A stretch of DNA of 62,891 nucleotides, the filler included, from Rhabdomonas costata (taxonomy: Eukaryota): the NCBI GenBank assembly GCA_019059605.1. It is 53 parts of 53 records of this genome, joined end to end, with 100 filler letters (N's around TTAATTAATTAA, not from the genome) between each part and the next. Parts side by side here need not be neighbours in the genome. Positions count along the whole stretch, not along the records: positions 10,702 to 11,790 come from JAHMHO010029181.1; positions 11,891 to 12,979 come from JAHMHO010029182.1; positions 13,080 to 14,168 come from JAHMHO010029183.1; positions 14,269 to 15,357 come from JAHMHO010029184.1; positions 15,458 to 16,546 come from JAHMHO010029185.1; positions 16,647 to 17,735 come from JAHMHO010029186.1; positions 17,836 to 18,923 come from JAHMHO010029187.1; positions 19,024 to 20,111 come from JAHMHO010029188.1; 45 more parts are not named here. One strand, given 5' to 3'. The position numbers were made by a program, and so were the translations under genes. Position 1 is the first letter of the stretch; the number at the start of each line of letters is the position of its first letter. Below, piece after piece: positions 11,697 through 25,249 of the stretch. Under the pieces are notes generated by a model, which searched no databases, had not been told where the DNA came from, and saw only the letters and a list, made by a program, of their open reading frames with translations.

Positions 11697-11790
11697 ATGG
11701 AGTCTTTCTTCTGCTCTTGCTGCAATTACAGTACTAAAGAAAAAAGTAATTATACAAGACACAATAAATCTGAAAAACATACCAAAAACC
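11697..11790 (+). CDS. N-terminal C2H2 zinc-finger protein, virus-like, 3'-truncated (not in the ORF track)
   Basis: MESFFCSCCNYSTKEKSNYTRHNKSEKHTK fits C-x2-C-x12-H-x5-H. It is divergent from the HNH gene. Confidence 0.75.
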
Positions 11791-13079
11791 NNNNNNNNNN
11801 NNNNNNNNNNNNNNNNNNNNNNNNNNNNNNNNNNTTAATTAATTAANNNNNNNNNNNNNNNNNNNNNNNNNNNNNNNNNNNNNNNNNNNNGGTGTGTGGG
11901 GGGAAGAAAAAGCGGTTGAAAGGAGAGAGGGAAGCTATGCGCAAAGGAGGCAAGATAGTCGAGGAACAATTAGAGGGAACGAGGGGTGGGGTGTCCAAAC
12001 GAAAAGCAAAAGGTTTGCCCCACTTCACCTCAAAATGCGAAGAACAATGATTATGGTCAAAAGCGAGCGCTGAACTTGCACAGTATTAAAGATGGGAGCG
12101 AATCCGTTAGCGGCGTTGAGGGCGATAGTTTCGGGGTGGAGGCGCCATCAATTCCGTTCATTCCAGGATTCAATCGTTCACCTGCCTTACGTGTATATGT
12201 TTGCATGTGCTGCGCCTCCTCCCACTTGAAGAGATTTGCGGAAGGTCGAATCAAAATAATACCGTATGGGGACGAAAACGCGTTCTCAACAAAGTAAGTG
12301 AGCAAAGCTAGTATACACGTTATGCTCGGCTTAGGAATGTTGTTCGAATGCAAAACTCCCCTTTGCTTAGTCAAGCCCGGAAAATTACGCGGAACTCTCC
12401 ACACCGAAGCGGGACGAAAGGCAGCGTGGTGGGCCTTGTGCTCGGCAAGTAGACCCTCCCTGTGAGCAAATGATAAGAAAATCAATAAAAAAATTAGTCA
12501 TCCAGAAAAGACACGAGACCTGCACGCCTTCAGAAGTCAAGTCGTCACATATCCACACATGCAACAAGCAACTTTAATAGAATATTCGTTTATTGGACCA
12601 AAAATAAAAAAAAACAGCAATAAACCGCAACTAACGAAGCTTACGTAAATAGCGCTCTGACAATGCAAAGGAGACGAGAAAACGGATTTGCCAGTCGTAA
12701 TTCAGAGTTCACTAACGGAGTTCACTAAAAGAAGAAAAGAGACACGTGCGGAAATTCAGGAATGGAAAAAAGACGGTTGTGATCGAATTCACTGACCTGC
12801 AGCAGAGTACGGGTCATTCATGTAGCTTGCCATTGGTGCACAGATCTCCCAAAACGGAGGATGGACGCCCTCCAAAAAAAAAAGTCAGCGAAAAACACTG
12901 TTCCGTGGCAAAGCAAAGGAAAGGGGCAAAAGGTATCACCCCATAGGGAGATCACACAGCAACCCACGGCTTCCTCGCTNNNNNNNNNNNNNNNNNNNNN
13001 NNNNNNNNNNNNNNNNNNNNNNNTTAATTAATTAANNNNNNNNNNNNNNNNNNNNNNNNNNNNNNNNNNNNNNNNNNNN

Positions 13080-13830
13080 GGTTTTGTGGTGCTGACGGAC
13101 TTCGGGCTGGCCACGACGAAGGGCCAGGGGGTGATGATGTGCGGCAGCGCGCCCTTCATGGCCCCGGAGATCGTGAAGAGGCAGCCCTACACCCAGGTCA
13201 GCGCAACGGGGTGGAGGGGGGTGATGCGTTGGGTACAACATACAGTGTCCAACCTCTGTACTGTATTGTATGTCCAATTGTTTGCAGTTCGCCTTTGAGT
13301 TCATACCATTTCATGAAATCTTGATGTGGTGTGCGTGTCCAAGAAACCGCGTTGGCTGCCTCCTTTTGCATTTTGCGGGATGTGGGGAACTCCCAGAATT
13401 TGACGATTCCAGGAGTGTGCATGGCGAGGAAGAAATAGGCCTGCGATTGCCAGCAGTGCCTTCTTTTTGTCGGTACTTGTCCGTGCCACACGAACCCATG
13501 CCATGAATCCTTGTCCGTGCCACATGCAAATCGAAAGAGGGCGATGCACGCGCACACACGCACAAGCACACGCACACGCACACGCACACGCACGCACACA
13601 CGTGCGCAGGCTGTGGACTGGTGGAGCTTGGGGGTGCTGATCTATGAGATGATGAGCGGCACTCGGCTGTTCCCGGGCAGCGGGGACAGCACGGTGTTCA
13701 CGAAGATCCTGAGCTACCCCATCCGCTTCCCGCAGTACTTCAGCGAGGACTGCAAGGACCTGCTGCGCCAGATGCTCACCCGCGACCCCACCAAGCGAAT
13801 CACCGCGGAAGGCATCATGGCCCACCACTG
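13080..13830 (+). CDS. AGC-like Ser/Thr protein kinase, two exons (edge-13196, 13610-13830)
   Basis: LTDFGLA...CGSAPFMAPEIVKRQPYTQ / AVDWWSLGVLIYEMMSG...DLLRQMLTRDPTKRI, joined by a GT-AG intron at 13197-13609. Confidence 0.95.
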
Positions 13831-14854
13831 GTGCGCCCCCCCTCCCTACTCACAGATACGCACTTATGCTCACTTGGGGACATTCCTAAGAGAAGATTAA
13901 GTAAAGCAAGGCAAAACACAACGTGAATGAACGTGGTAAGCTGGCGACCTGTTCACGATAGCAGAGTTGAATCACTAGGCTTTTCTTGCAGACAACCAGT
14001 ACCGGAAGGTTTGGAGAGGGTACACAAGTAGCCCACCGCATGCCATTCCTCCATCTCAATTTATCATCGTCTTCGTTGTCGTCCTGAAATCCATCACCAG
14101 TTGCATTCCTTATCAGCGCTATTATCTGAGTCAACATGGTCGAAGCATCGACAGTCACAACCCCCACANNNNNNNNNNNNNNNNNNNNNNNNNNNNNNNN
14201 NNNNNNNNNNNNTTAATTAATTAANNNNNNNNNNNNNNNNNNNNNNNNNNNNNNNNNNNNNNNNNNNNGGTGTTGGAGTAAAACGCTTGAATTCCACAGA
14301 TGTTGCAGAAAAGCAAAGCAACCTGTGCGTGATAGGCGCGAGAGGAGGGATCGATGAAAACATTCGGAAGCCAAAAAAAATCAAAGCGAGAGCCAGTAGG
14401 GCGCCGGTTCCCGGACCACGCCATCCTCAGCCTCTGACCCCTCTGGTTCCGACCCAGGCCGGCGGTTTCACAGAATGGAAGAAACCGCTTGGACCCAGCC
14501 CTGCTCAGGCTCCCCCTTCCCCTGCCATCCGTCAAAGATCTCCCAGCAGCAAGTTTGTTTGCCCCTCCGCCAAAATGGGTGGGACCAAGAAGAGAAATGA
14601 TGTCATAATAAGAAAAATCCCATCCCAGAAATTGGAGAAGTGGAAGATTTAGCTTGATCCTTCTGGTGCATTCTCACTACGCGTCGCAACGGCTCACAAC
14701 CCCATTCACACAAAATAAATCAGCAAGCGCAGGCACGGAGGGGAGTGGGCGGTTGCACAACGTAACGTACACTTTCGAAGGGATACACGAATCCATCCAC
14801 AACATTAAAACCACCCAGCAACCAAGGAGCTCCATGGGGAGGGGCAGGAAGAAC

Positions 14855-15148
14855 CTTGGGCACCTCAACCACGATGCGGCTCTCCCCATTGGTCAGCGCC
14901 TCTGCCGCGAACCTCGGGAACAGCGCAGCCAGCAGCCGGTGGAAGCTCTCCTTCTGCTGCTCCACGGCCAGCTTGCCCTTCGCCCACGTATCCTCCAGGC
15001 TGTTCAGCATGTACTGCGACAGAAGCACCAGTCCGATAATCCCGGCCACAGTGATCCCCAGCGCCGTGAACAGCGTGATCATCAGGTTGAGGTACAGCGG
15101 CCACTCCACCTCGCTGCGGGAGACCTTCAACACGAAGCCCACTTTCAT
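14855..15148 (-). CDS. Exon with a transmembrane helix and coiled coil, probably a receptor-type class III adenylate/guanylate cyclase
   Basis: TM segment ITLFTALGITVAGIIGLVLL, then LLAALFPRFAAEALTNGESRIVVE, resembling the LLxxLPxxVAxxLxxG helix before cyclase domains. Confidence 0.55.
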
Positions 15149-17580
15149 CTGCAGTCCCCGACACCCAGTGGTGGAGTGCGAGTGTAAATAAGGGTGAACT
15201 GCTGACAAATCACATTGCATTCCAACGCACAAACTCAAACCCTTTTCCTTCCTTATCTGTTCGCATGGACTCATGGCACATCGGCAAAGTGTGTTTACCA
15301 TTACCTCCACTGACATCTTTCCAATTCACCATCCCACACTGCATCTCGAAAAACCCCNNNNNNNNNNNNNNNNNNNNNNNNNNNNNNNNNNNNNNNNNNN
15401 NTTAATTAATTAANNNNNNNNNNNNNNNNNNNNNNNNNNNNNNNNNNNNNNNNNNNNGGTGTTGTGGAGATGAGAAGATAAACCTAAATCAGAGTTCAAA
15501 CTTTGTAGTGTGGCATAGAGTCTTCTATACCTATCACAAAACAACTGATAACAGGCGGAAGAAAAGAACAGATGTGAAATATGAGGACCCTCGCCAAAAG
15601 AAAGTGACCTGGTAGGAATTGGGCACGCCTTATATAAAATCATTCGGCATTTTAGTCGTTATGCATAGATGCATCGTAAAAACGCATGTTTGTAGTGCTC
15701 ATGTTCAACCTTATGCGGTAGTGCATGCTGCCTGTATGATGCTGGTACCGATGCTGCATAGTGTGGTTGATGTTGCTCCTACCATACGCTGATGGTGGTG
15801 GTATCGGTTAGCATTGCCAACTCATGACGGTTTTGGCGTGGAAGAAGCATGCCAGCTGCCAACCATGGTGGTGTTAAGCTAACTCTACAAGCATGGTGCT
15901 GTATGCTAATATGCTTACAGATACAGTACATTCACCATAATTTCTTCCACTCGGGATATGCCAGGTCGGATATAACATAAGTGACATTGCGTAAGCAAGG
16001 AGCGAATGTAAACGAAGAGACACAAATAGAACATGTAAGTGGGATTATTTCTTCTTGTCGTGATGCTCATTTGCTACGATGACATAGGAACCTTTGTGTG
16101 TTTGCTTGTCGCGTGCTCCTACGGTCGCATGCTACCCAGATGTACCACGCACTGCACCACACACACACCTATGACATCCACGGAGATCAGAGAAGAATTT
16201 GGGCACCAGCATCCCAATGCAACGGCCGTACCGCATGCGCAAGCCGCTTAACCAGTTTGGTTGAAAAATTGTTGCCGCAAACCGCCTGAAGCTTTCCACC
16301 AGCCCCGTGGCCAACTACTATATCGTCCCGGCGGGTGTTCGGTTGGTAATTCGGCCGCTTCATAATCCGTCCGATAAAGAGAAAAGCCCATGACAAAAAA
16401 GCAGCAAGAGCGTTCCGAAGTCACACTTCTTGTGGAAGTGAGGCTAAACTACGCGGACACACAACAGCACACACATCCTTGCGGGCGCACGGCCGACACC
16501 TAGAAGCCCTGCGGACCACGTGGTCATATAACGAGGCCAACAACACNNNNNNNNNNNNNNNNNNNNNNNNNNNNNNNNNNNNNNNNNNNNTTAATTAATT
16601 AANNNNNNNNNNNNNNNNNNNNNNNNNNNNNNNNNNNNNNNNNNNNACCTGTACACTGTGCCAAAGTAGTACTCCTGCCAGGTCATCCTGTACCACGTAC
16701 GGATTTGACCCCCTGGGGCAGCAGGTGCGGTCCCATCTCTTTCTGCGGAGCCCAGCTTACATCATCTCTACCATGGAACCCCGAAAGAAAAATGCACCTT
16801 TCCAGCCACGACATATCGACTTCTCTCGAAACAGTAACTCGGCCACCGCCAGCTGGTTTCTGATTCCCATTGTTTTGCAAGTATTGCTTTTCTGTTGGGC
16901 TTCCAATTGGTCTCAAAACCAATGCAAAGAACGCACAGCTTCTTTCACGAGTTTGTAAGGACACAAAGTGAAGGAATGCGCTTATTGCGCGCGTTCTCCA
17001 TGACCGGAGGGCAACGCCTATCGCTCCTTCCCTTCCAGGAAAGAGCCACCGTAAGAGCCCAGTGTAATTAAGTGTTTGGCTTTTTCTTTTTCTCATGCAC
17101 TCGCCCCAACTCCCCCCTCCCTCCCCGCACTTCCCACGTTCCGCTACGTTCCGCTGTGTGGTGGTTCGCTTTTGGCTATGGCTGGTTTACGGCCATTGTC
17201 CATGAGCCGCGCTTTCGATCTCAAGAAGGTCACACAGCATCACGTGACACTCAAGCAACACTTGGCTGCGGTTGTCGATGATTGCCCAGAGTTCTTGCAC
17301 CTTTGTGTTTGTTAATTTGTGCCCTTTGTGCCTGGACGTATTTCACGGGGGGTTGCGATGGTTTAGTCCGTTATTCCCTCTGCACTGCGATTGTAGTGGA
17401 GGAAAATTTGCGTTCCTCCAAAAGTGGGCGGACCGGAAAGCTGATATATTCCAACGAGAAAATCGACATATCTACGTGCGATGGACATAACTGCGTCGAG
17501 CAAGATGGCAATGGAAAATGGAGAGCTTTGTAGGTCGACATATTTAGAAACGTTTTTTCGCGCTCGCGAGTCGCGTTGGT

Positions 17581-17728
17581 GGGAATGGAGGAGTTCTGTG
17601 AGAACAAGAATGATCAATATATTGTGCCCATTGGCAAACTGTTTTTTGGGATAAGGGGAGCAAACGACAGTTTGCCAATGGGCACAATATATTGATCATT
17701 CTTGTTCTCACAGAACTCCTCCATTCCC
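17581..17728. repeat. Perfect terminal inverted repeat (about 62-bp arms), probable amplification fold-back
   Basis: 17581-17642 is the reverse complement of 17667-17728, at the contig end. Confidence 0.85.
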
Positions 17729-20700
17729 CCCAACANNNNNNNNNNNNNNNNNNNNNNNNNNNNNNNNNNNNNNNNNNNNTTAATTAATTAANNNNNNNNN
17801 NNNNNNNNNNNNNNNNNNNNNNNNNNNNNNNNNNNGTTGGGGGGTGACCAGAAGGCGCGTTCAGTTTTTTGCAGGGCAGGGTATCACAATATTTTACTCG
17901 GTGAAAGTGAAGTGCAGGATGTTTTGGGTTCTGCACCAGATGCAAAACGGCTGACAATAAAATACACAGACGAAAAAAAAGAACGGGCAATGATTGTAAT
18001 GTAAGGGAATGAGATGGAGATTGGGACAGAGGAAGCTCATTGGCGACATTAGAAGACTGAGAAGACGGGTGCAATTTTTTCGCTGCTTAACTATTCGAGT
18101 GGGAAGCGCGCTGTGCGGCGGAGAATCTCCACGGGGCCGGTAATTGTGGCGTTTGGGCCAGGCCATGCACACAGATACAGAAGGCCATGCACTCCCCTTT
18201 ACTCTTCGATTATTAGTGGCCACTATAACGTCGTCCTGTATTTCCTCTAATCTCGATGTACACCGATATTGGAGGCATTACCCTGACTATCGTCACATGC
18301 ATGCGTAGGTCTACGGTTTGCCCTCTGTGTTACGCGTCGGGTAGGGGGCTGTGAACGAAACCGCCAAGCTCATTTAATGGCGATTCAGAGACACAGCCGC
18401 TCACGCATTGGCCAGGGGCTCACATGCAATGTTCATATGCGGGGCAGCGGGAGCATCCACCTCGGCGGTTTTTGCGCTGCGTTGGGGTTGCCTAAGTAAG
18501 CCCTCCGCTGCGCTGGGGAGAGAAGAAGCAAGATAAAAGAAGGAAAGAGTCGCCAAGGGGCACGGGTGGTACCGGCCTGAGGGTGCAAGGACCGGCCACG
18601 CAGCGTTTCGGGAGGCCCACTGTACATAGAAAAGACCCCGGGCCTGTTTCGGCTTTTCCCTCGAATGTTGTGAACGCAACACCTGCACAACCCTCACAAG
18701 GACAACCTTATTTCAGTCCAGGCATTCGCGATATGCATCAACACACCGACCATACGGGCTGTACAGATGCTCTGTTCTTATGGCTTAAGCTGTGACCAGA
18801 AGGTACCTTTCACCCATCCACGGTAAGTCGGTCCCCCGGAATCATATCAAAGATTTGAAATGATTCAGACAATTGCTCACCAAATCCTAAGGCTTCCCAG
18901 CAGGCTTCCAGGACACCCCCACCNNNNNNNNNNNNNNNNNNNNNNNNNNNNNNNNNNNNNNNNNNNNTTAATTAATTAANNNNNNNNNNNNNNNNNNNNN
19001 NNNNNNNNNNNNNNNNNNNNNNNGTTTGGGGTACCCTTCTGAAAAGAAAGCAACTTCCACCAGGTGCCTCCTTTTCAGAAGGGTACCCCAAGCCCGGGAT
19101 GAGTGGTGGCTGCCAGCTGACGCGCACAGACAGGAGATCAACCACGAAAGTGCGTTCCCTGCGTTTTGTGCATGCGGCCAGTCTTTGCAAACGAGGTCCC
19201 TCTGCGCTACAATGTTGGGGAAGAATGAAAAAAAAGTCCGAGTGCGAGAGGCACCGTGCACCAAGCTAAGCTGTCGTCTTCTGGGAGGGAAAAAGGCTGG
19301 CTCAAGCGCCGACAGCAGAACCTCGAGCCTTTCAAGACATCGACGATCGCCCATACAAAAAATCTTGCTGCAAAAGCAGGACGGCGCACGCCCACACGGA
19401 TTGTTTTTCCTCAGGTGTGCAGTTGCACTCAATCGGATGTGATGTGTGTGCGGAAGTTGGATGCAGTAAAAATGGGTATAGAAACAGCAGGTGAAGAACC
19501 TTTGGGGTGGTGTAGTTGAATGTACAGACACACGTTTTGAGCCACAGTTGGAGCGAACCAAAAAAAAGGTCCACCATGAGAAGGATCCTCCAGCTGCTAC
19601 AAGGGTCCGCAGCCATGGCCTCGCACCACAGATGAAGAAAAGGAGAGAAGAGAACAAAGTGGAGTTGTCCAAATGTGAGTCGGTCGCCAACTGACCAGGC
19701 TCCAGCAGCCCAACACTTGCACCGCAGGCAAAGGAGGCTGATTCAAAAAGTTGGCAATGGCGCATGGGAAGGTTCGGTCTGTAGCAAGAAGAATGCAAGA
19801 AAAAAAGACAGAGAGCAGACCATCCAAAAAACGGCGGCCGAGCGGGACAGCTGTTTGTGAACAACGACGCACAGCATCAGTGGCACCGAATGAACAACGA
19901 ACTTGTGAATGAACACCACGGCGAACCACCGAGCGGCATACTGTATATAAAGGTACAGGGCTGTACAGGGCGCGCCAAGCCTCCAAGAAGGCCAAGCAGG
20001 AAGAAAAAAAACGGTTTTCTCAGCTACGCAAAAAAACCTGCGGGGGGGGGGTACTGTTGCAGCTGAAAGGGCAGCGAAAGGCACAACAAACCATGAGAGA
20101 AAAAACAAACCNNNNNNNNNNNNNNNNNNNNNNNNNNNNNNNNNNNNNNNNNNNNTTAATTAATTAANNNNNNNNNNNNNNNNNNNNNNNNNNNNNNNNN
20201 NNNNNNNNNNNGAAAGAAGTTTTTGTACAAGAAAGTTGCACAGAATACGAGAGAATTCGGTAAATCTCGAAGATTATAACAAGAATGTCGCAAGTGGCGT
20301 AATTCAAAGACGTCTTCGAAAGAAAAAATCGACTGCATTGAATGGTGTTGTTTGCGAGTTCTCTGGACCAGTTTTCGGTCAGAGTTGTACATTTGTTGGA
20401 TTAAGGTTTTGGGAAGAAGCTGATCAAAGGGTTTGGTCTTCAATTTCCTTTGTTTGTGCTTCTCTTTGTTTTGCCTTGTAATTACATTGTAAGGGAGAAG
20501 CGCGGAGGCGAAAGAGCCGGCGAAAAACACATGGGGAGGTAACATTGTTGTGATTGTAGCTGTTGCAGTTGTTGTTGTAAACGCTGCTGTGGTTGCACTG
20601 TTGTTGCGTAAGTGCTGCATAACTCCCAGCATGCTTCAATGGAGGAGAGATGCAGAAGTGGTAACCAGAGTAGAGCCTAGCCCTCGCAAGCAGAGATCGA

Positions 20701-23399
20701 GGCCGCGAGCCCGCAGAATTCAAGGCATCAGGTTCACCATTGCAATGCTAGTACAACTTCCCCTTCTGTTGGTTTGCGGAATGACCACGAGGCGGTCGAA
20801 AAGCCAATCTAAAGGGAGAGATTGACCCGCCGCTCCCTTTGCATAACGCACACAATAACACGAGTAAAATCCGAAAATCTTTCACTCCTACTCCCGTTGC
20901 AGCAGCAGAAATGACACTCTCACTCTTGACCGAGAGAGACATCAGTTTCATTAGCACGCCAAACGTCGGACGCAAGTCGAAGCCGTACCGGCCGTAAAGG
21001 GCCATCTTGGCCAGACACCTTCACAGAGATACATCGAGCAGGCAAACTCGAATATTATTACCGAGAGTCACAAAAGGCATAACAATTAACCGCAATCCCA
21101 AATCTGCAGTTTCTCAAGCAACAGAACCGTTGGCCCCACTGTATGTGACGTCCGTTCCGTTATCCGTTATTCGTTAAGCACAAGATTTTTGTGAACATAT
21201 TTTCTTGTAAGAGCCGAAGAATTCGGCTGATCTACACCGGACAGATAACGAGCCAAATGGATCCACTAAACTAGATCGGACAGATTTTGCCACCAAAACC
21301 NNNNNNNNNNNNNNNNNNNNNNNNNNNNNNNNNNNNNNNNNNNNTTAATTAATTAANNNNNNNNNNNNNNNNNNNNNNNNNNNNNNNNNNNNNNNNNNNN
21401 TGTTGTGTTGTGAAATTTGATGCTGAAAGCTCCCGTTCCCCTTGAAGCCGATGTGGTGCTTCAAATTTTAACAAAAACATTGGGTCAAAAACATTTGAGA
21501 CGGGGGCATAAGTTGTCATAAGTTGCCCTCCTGTGCGATTTCCTGGAAGTTCTCGGAGGTCTCCCCCCCCCCCGTCCCAGTGCACGTGTGACCTCGATCA
21601 AAAATTCTGAAGCTGCCCCACGACTCCGCATCAACTTATAACTCATTGCAGAAATTCCACTGGAACTTCTTCAACTGCCGCCATTCGCCGACACCAGTGC
21701 AGGCTCTTATCATGTGATGGTTTGACGTGTTCAGCCCCCACTTTGTGCAGCCTACGGTGCCATCGGGAGGTTCCCAAACCGTTGCAAGTACCTTGCGCTG
21801 ATTCTATAGAATGCCTTCCCCCTGCACTTCAGTTTTATATGAACTACACTATATACGGTAAGTTACATCCCGAAACTCAGAATTTAGTATGTTACGAGTT
21901 TCCAATTGAAGTCCTGTGAACGGTACCAATGCCGCTGGGGTGGTGTGTATGCATACGATGTGTTTTAAACGTTTTCACGATACTGAGGCTAAAAAGCACG
22001 TGTTCTGAGTTTGCGGTGTAACGCTATATTTTTATATGGACATGGTAACTGGTGTGGTCCAGGGGCTTCAAAATGCTCAAACATCAGACTGTTTTGGAAA
22101 AAATGTAGCTGGCTGAAGGGCAAAACGTGCACCATTGTGCGTCAGCACCGATTTTTGTGGGGTGTACCGCATGATGTTGCATCCGTGTCACCTCAAAAAG
22201 GCACAACCGAAAAAACTCTAAATCACTCTACATCAGGCATTTCCGACTATGAAGCTGAAAGTGGTGGTGAGAAAACAGGTTTTGACCTGGGGGCGTTTTT
22301 TTTCCACTTTTCGGCCTGTTCTGTGTGTCTACCCCAATTTTGAGATGACGTGGGCCATAGGGCCATAAGGGAAGTGGTGTGGGGAAATCCTTCCCTTGAA
22401 TGGATGGTGCTGTGTGTTCTCTCTCTCTCTCTCTTTCTCTTGAAGGTTTTCGATAACGCAAGGTGAGGCGTGTCCTTTTGTGTTTCGGGNNNNNNNNNNN
22501 NNNNNNNNNNNNNNNNNNNNNNNNNNNNNNNNNTTAATTAATTAANNNNNNNNNNNNNNNNNNNNNNNNNNNNNNNNNNNNNNNNNNNNCACGCACACAC
22601 ACGCACTACGTGCACAAGACACGGCGTTGGTGGAGGTCTTTCCACCTCCAGCGGGTTTTCAAATTTTCTCCCTGGCCTGGCCGCTTCTCGGGGGTGCGAG
22701 TGACCCCTCCGCTGCTGGGCGCAGGTTGGGAAACCTTGGGAATCCTCAATGTCGCTTTAAACTGCGGCTGTAGGGAGCTTCTGACCAGTAGACGGTGAGC
22801 ATCGACTCAGCACACTCACAGATTCATAGACATACACGCACGAACACAATGGTGTGCAGGGTAACCACTGCTACAGATGCTATCAGGCATCGAAATCGGC
22901 TGGAATCCATATTTACTTTGGCCTCGATTATGCGGGATGGTGAAGGCAACTCTGGCCCTACCAACCAGGTTGGGAATATAAGTTGTCCGTGTCTCCAGTC
23001 GCAAAACTTAAAACGATGGTTGAGAAAGGGTGCTCTCTACCGCACTCACCAACGCACCTACCTACACAGATTCACCCCCATGACATCCCTACAGTTTACG
23101 CAGCAAATCGCTTTATACGATCGACCCCACGGTTACATGACGGAGGGCTGGAGAAAATAGTTCCAAGGACACTGGCGTTGACGCTGAGAGCGGGCAGGGA
23201 TGGTATGTGTGAGAAGAGAAAATAAAAAGTTTTGAAGGGGAGTCGCTTGCGCTCGGGAACAACAGCCGTTGCACGCTACTGACGCTAAGCTTTTTAGCGT
23301 CATACCATGTTTGGGACATGCAATGATGGCGGCTTGTCCCCCTTGACAACGACTTTTGCTGTGAAATCCCTCGCGCCAGAGCAATATGACAAACCAAAC

Positions 23400-23543
23400 G
23401 GGGTGTTCACGGCGTCGGGGATGCTGCCATCCGCGGGCTGCTGCGCGGCGAGGTTGCCGAACATCTGCGAGAAATCCGGAATCTGCCCCGGGGGAGGCAT
23501 TCCAGGAAACCCTGCCCCGCCAGGGCCCCCAAACGTCGACGCC
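23400..23543 (-). CDS. G/P/M/Q-rich exon (ubiquilin/STI1-like low complexity)
   Basis: ASTFGGPGGAGFPGMPPPGQIPDFSQMFGNLAAQQ between a CAG acceptor and a GTTTGG donor. Confidence 0.5.
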
Positions 23544-24344
23544 CTGATGGAAACATGCAAAGCATCCGCTGCGCTTGTATACACGCAACCTGAAAACTGT
23601 CGGGCGGATGCCTGAGATAACATAATATGACATGAAGTCATAAGAACTCCGGCATGACTCACAAAACCCCCAAAACNNNNNNNNNNNNNNNNNNNNNNNN
23701 NNNNNNNNNNNNNNNNNNNNTTAATTAATTAANNNNNNNNNNNNNNNNNNNNNNNNNNNNNNNNNNNNNNNNNNNNTGTGGGGCGTTCTCACACTCATGG
23801 GAAGCTGCGCGTTTTCACATGCCTCCCAATGAAACTGAGGAAAAAATGGAAACAAAAGCGGGACAAGGAAATACAAATCCATTGCAGAGACACACAATAC
23901 GGCTCTGTTTCCATACGAGGGGATATGACTTCGGGCTATGCCGAGCAATGATTAATTTCGGCAAGCCAAGGGCGAAGTCTTACATGAGAATGGACCAGAG
24001 AAAGATTCTCGATTCTAACTAAAGGAATGGAAGCAAAGGGCATTGCCCGTGCGGGGAGAGGCGTCCAAAGACAACGACATCAATCAAGTGAACGGATCCC
24101 ATCGTAAGCGAAAAAACAGCTCGTAACAACTGGCAAGCAAAACCGGGCAAGGTGCACAGGCGGCCCAATTCGGGGGCGTCAGTGGGTGGCAGGCTGCCAA
24201 ACTCCACCCAGGATACGCAAGCAGGCCAACAACAAAAAGTGATCCTGTACGAGGAGTAGTTCAACGAACAACAACGGTGTGTCAATTGCAGAATAAACAC
24301 AAAGCGCAAAACGTGAAAAAGGTTGGGCAAGGCCCTTTCAGTTA

Positions 24345-24865
24345 TCAGACCCCTTCAGCGGAGCTCTTGTGCGACAAAACCACACTGCTCGAAGCCCCAG
24401 CCACTGGAAAGGGAATCCCAGGATACGATGAAGCATCCACCGACGAAGTTGTCGCCACGGAGAACATGCTGCCCTGGCGGTAGCGGCCAGATTGCCCACA
24501 AAGCCCGCAACGAAGCGCAAGCCACAGCAACAATGCGATAAGGGCAAGACCCGCTACCCCTCCCAGGGAGGCCGCCACTGGCAGCACCCAGCGGGTGGAC
24601 GTTCCGCTGCTGGGAGGACCCGTAGTCGCGTTGAACACGGAGCCCTCCGTTGCCACAACGATCTGCAGGATGACCTGGTACGTGCCATCGCGCAGCTGAA
24701 CCACCGTCCCCTCGGACTGCGAGGTGAGAATGCGAAATTGGCGGGATGAGGACATGGAGTGAGGCCGAGTGTGGCGCCCAGATGCCCCATTCAAGGCCGG
24801 CATGAGATGCACAGTGATCGTCATCGGGCCACTGAGCAGCAGCGCGGCGGGGATGAAACCAAAAC
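24345..24865 (-). CDS. C-terminal part of a single-pass membrane protein
   Basis: S/T/G/P stalk, then hydrophobic WVLPVAASLGGVAGLALIALLLWLAL and a short tail. Confidence 0.6.
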
Positions 24866-24987
24866 NNNNNNNNNNNNNNNNNNNNNNNNNNNNNNNNNNN
24901 NNNNNNNNNTTAATTAATTAANNNNNNNNNNNNNNNNNNNNNNNNNNNNNNNNNNNNNNNNNNNNGGTTTCGGATTGAATCGGAGAA

Positions 24988-25061
24988 GTGTGGGCGGCCG
25001 GGGCGCTGCTGTGGGAGCTTCTGGAGGGCCCCGAGGGCCTGCGGAGGCTCAGCCGAAGCCT

Positions 25062-25101
<40 letters not shown>

Positions 25102-25249
25102 CCTGGCCACGCGATGGAGGCGGTGGAGCTTCCGGCTTCCTCGGAGCTGTGGCCGCCCGGTGCGAGGGCCTTTGTGGAGAGCTGTCTGTGGACCCCGGTG
25201 CGTCGGCCTGGGCTGGAGGAGCTTCTGGGCAGCCCTTTTGTGCAAAGCG
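24988..25249 (+). CDS. Protein kinase C-lobe exon (subdomains IX-XI) with a poly-Ser insert
   Basis: VWAAGALLWELLEG...ARAFVESCL...RRPGLEELLGSPFV, ending at a GTGTGT donor. (CAG)12 at 25065-25100. Confidence 0.7.

Noticed and set aside
5946..11790. RT, HNH nuclease and virus-like ORFs as a single retron-like or defence system
   Set aside because: They lie on separate contigs of different GC, and the RT is an ordinary Ty3/Gypsy type.
18968..20108. Long overlapping ORFs, including 298 aa on the minus strand
   Set aside because: No recognisable motifs or codon bias. They are probably chance frames in non-coding DNA.
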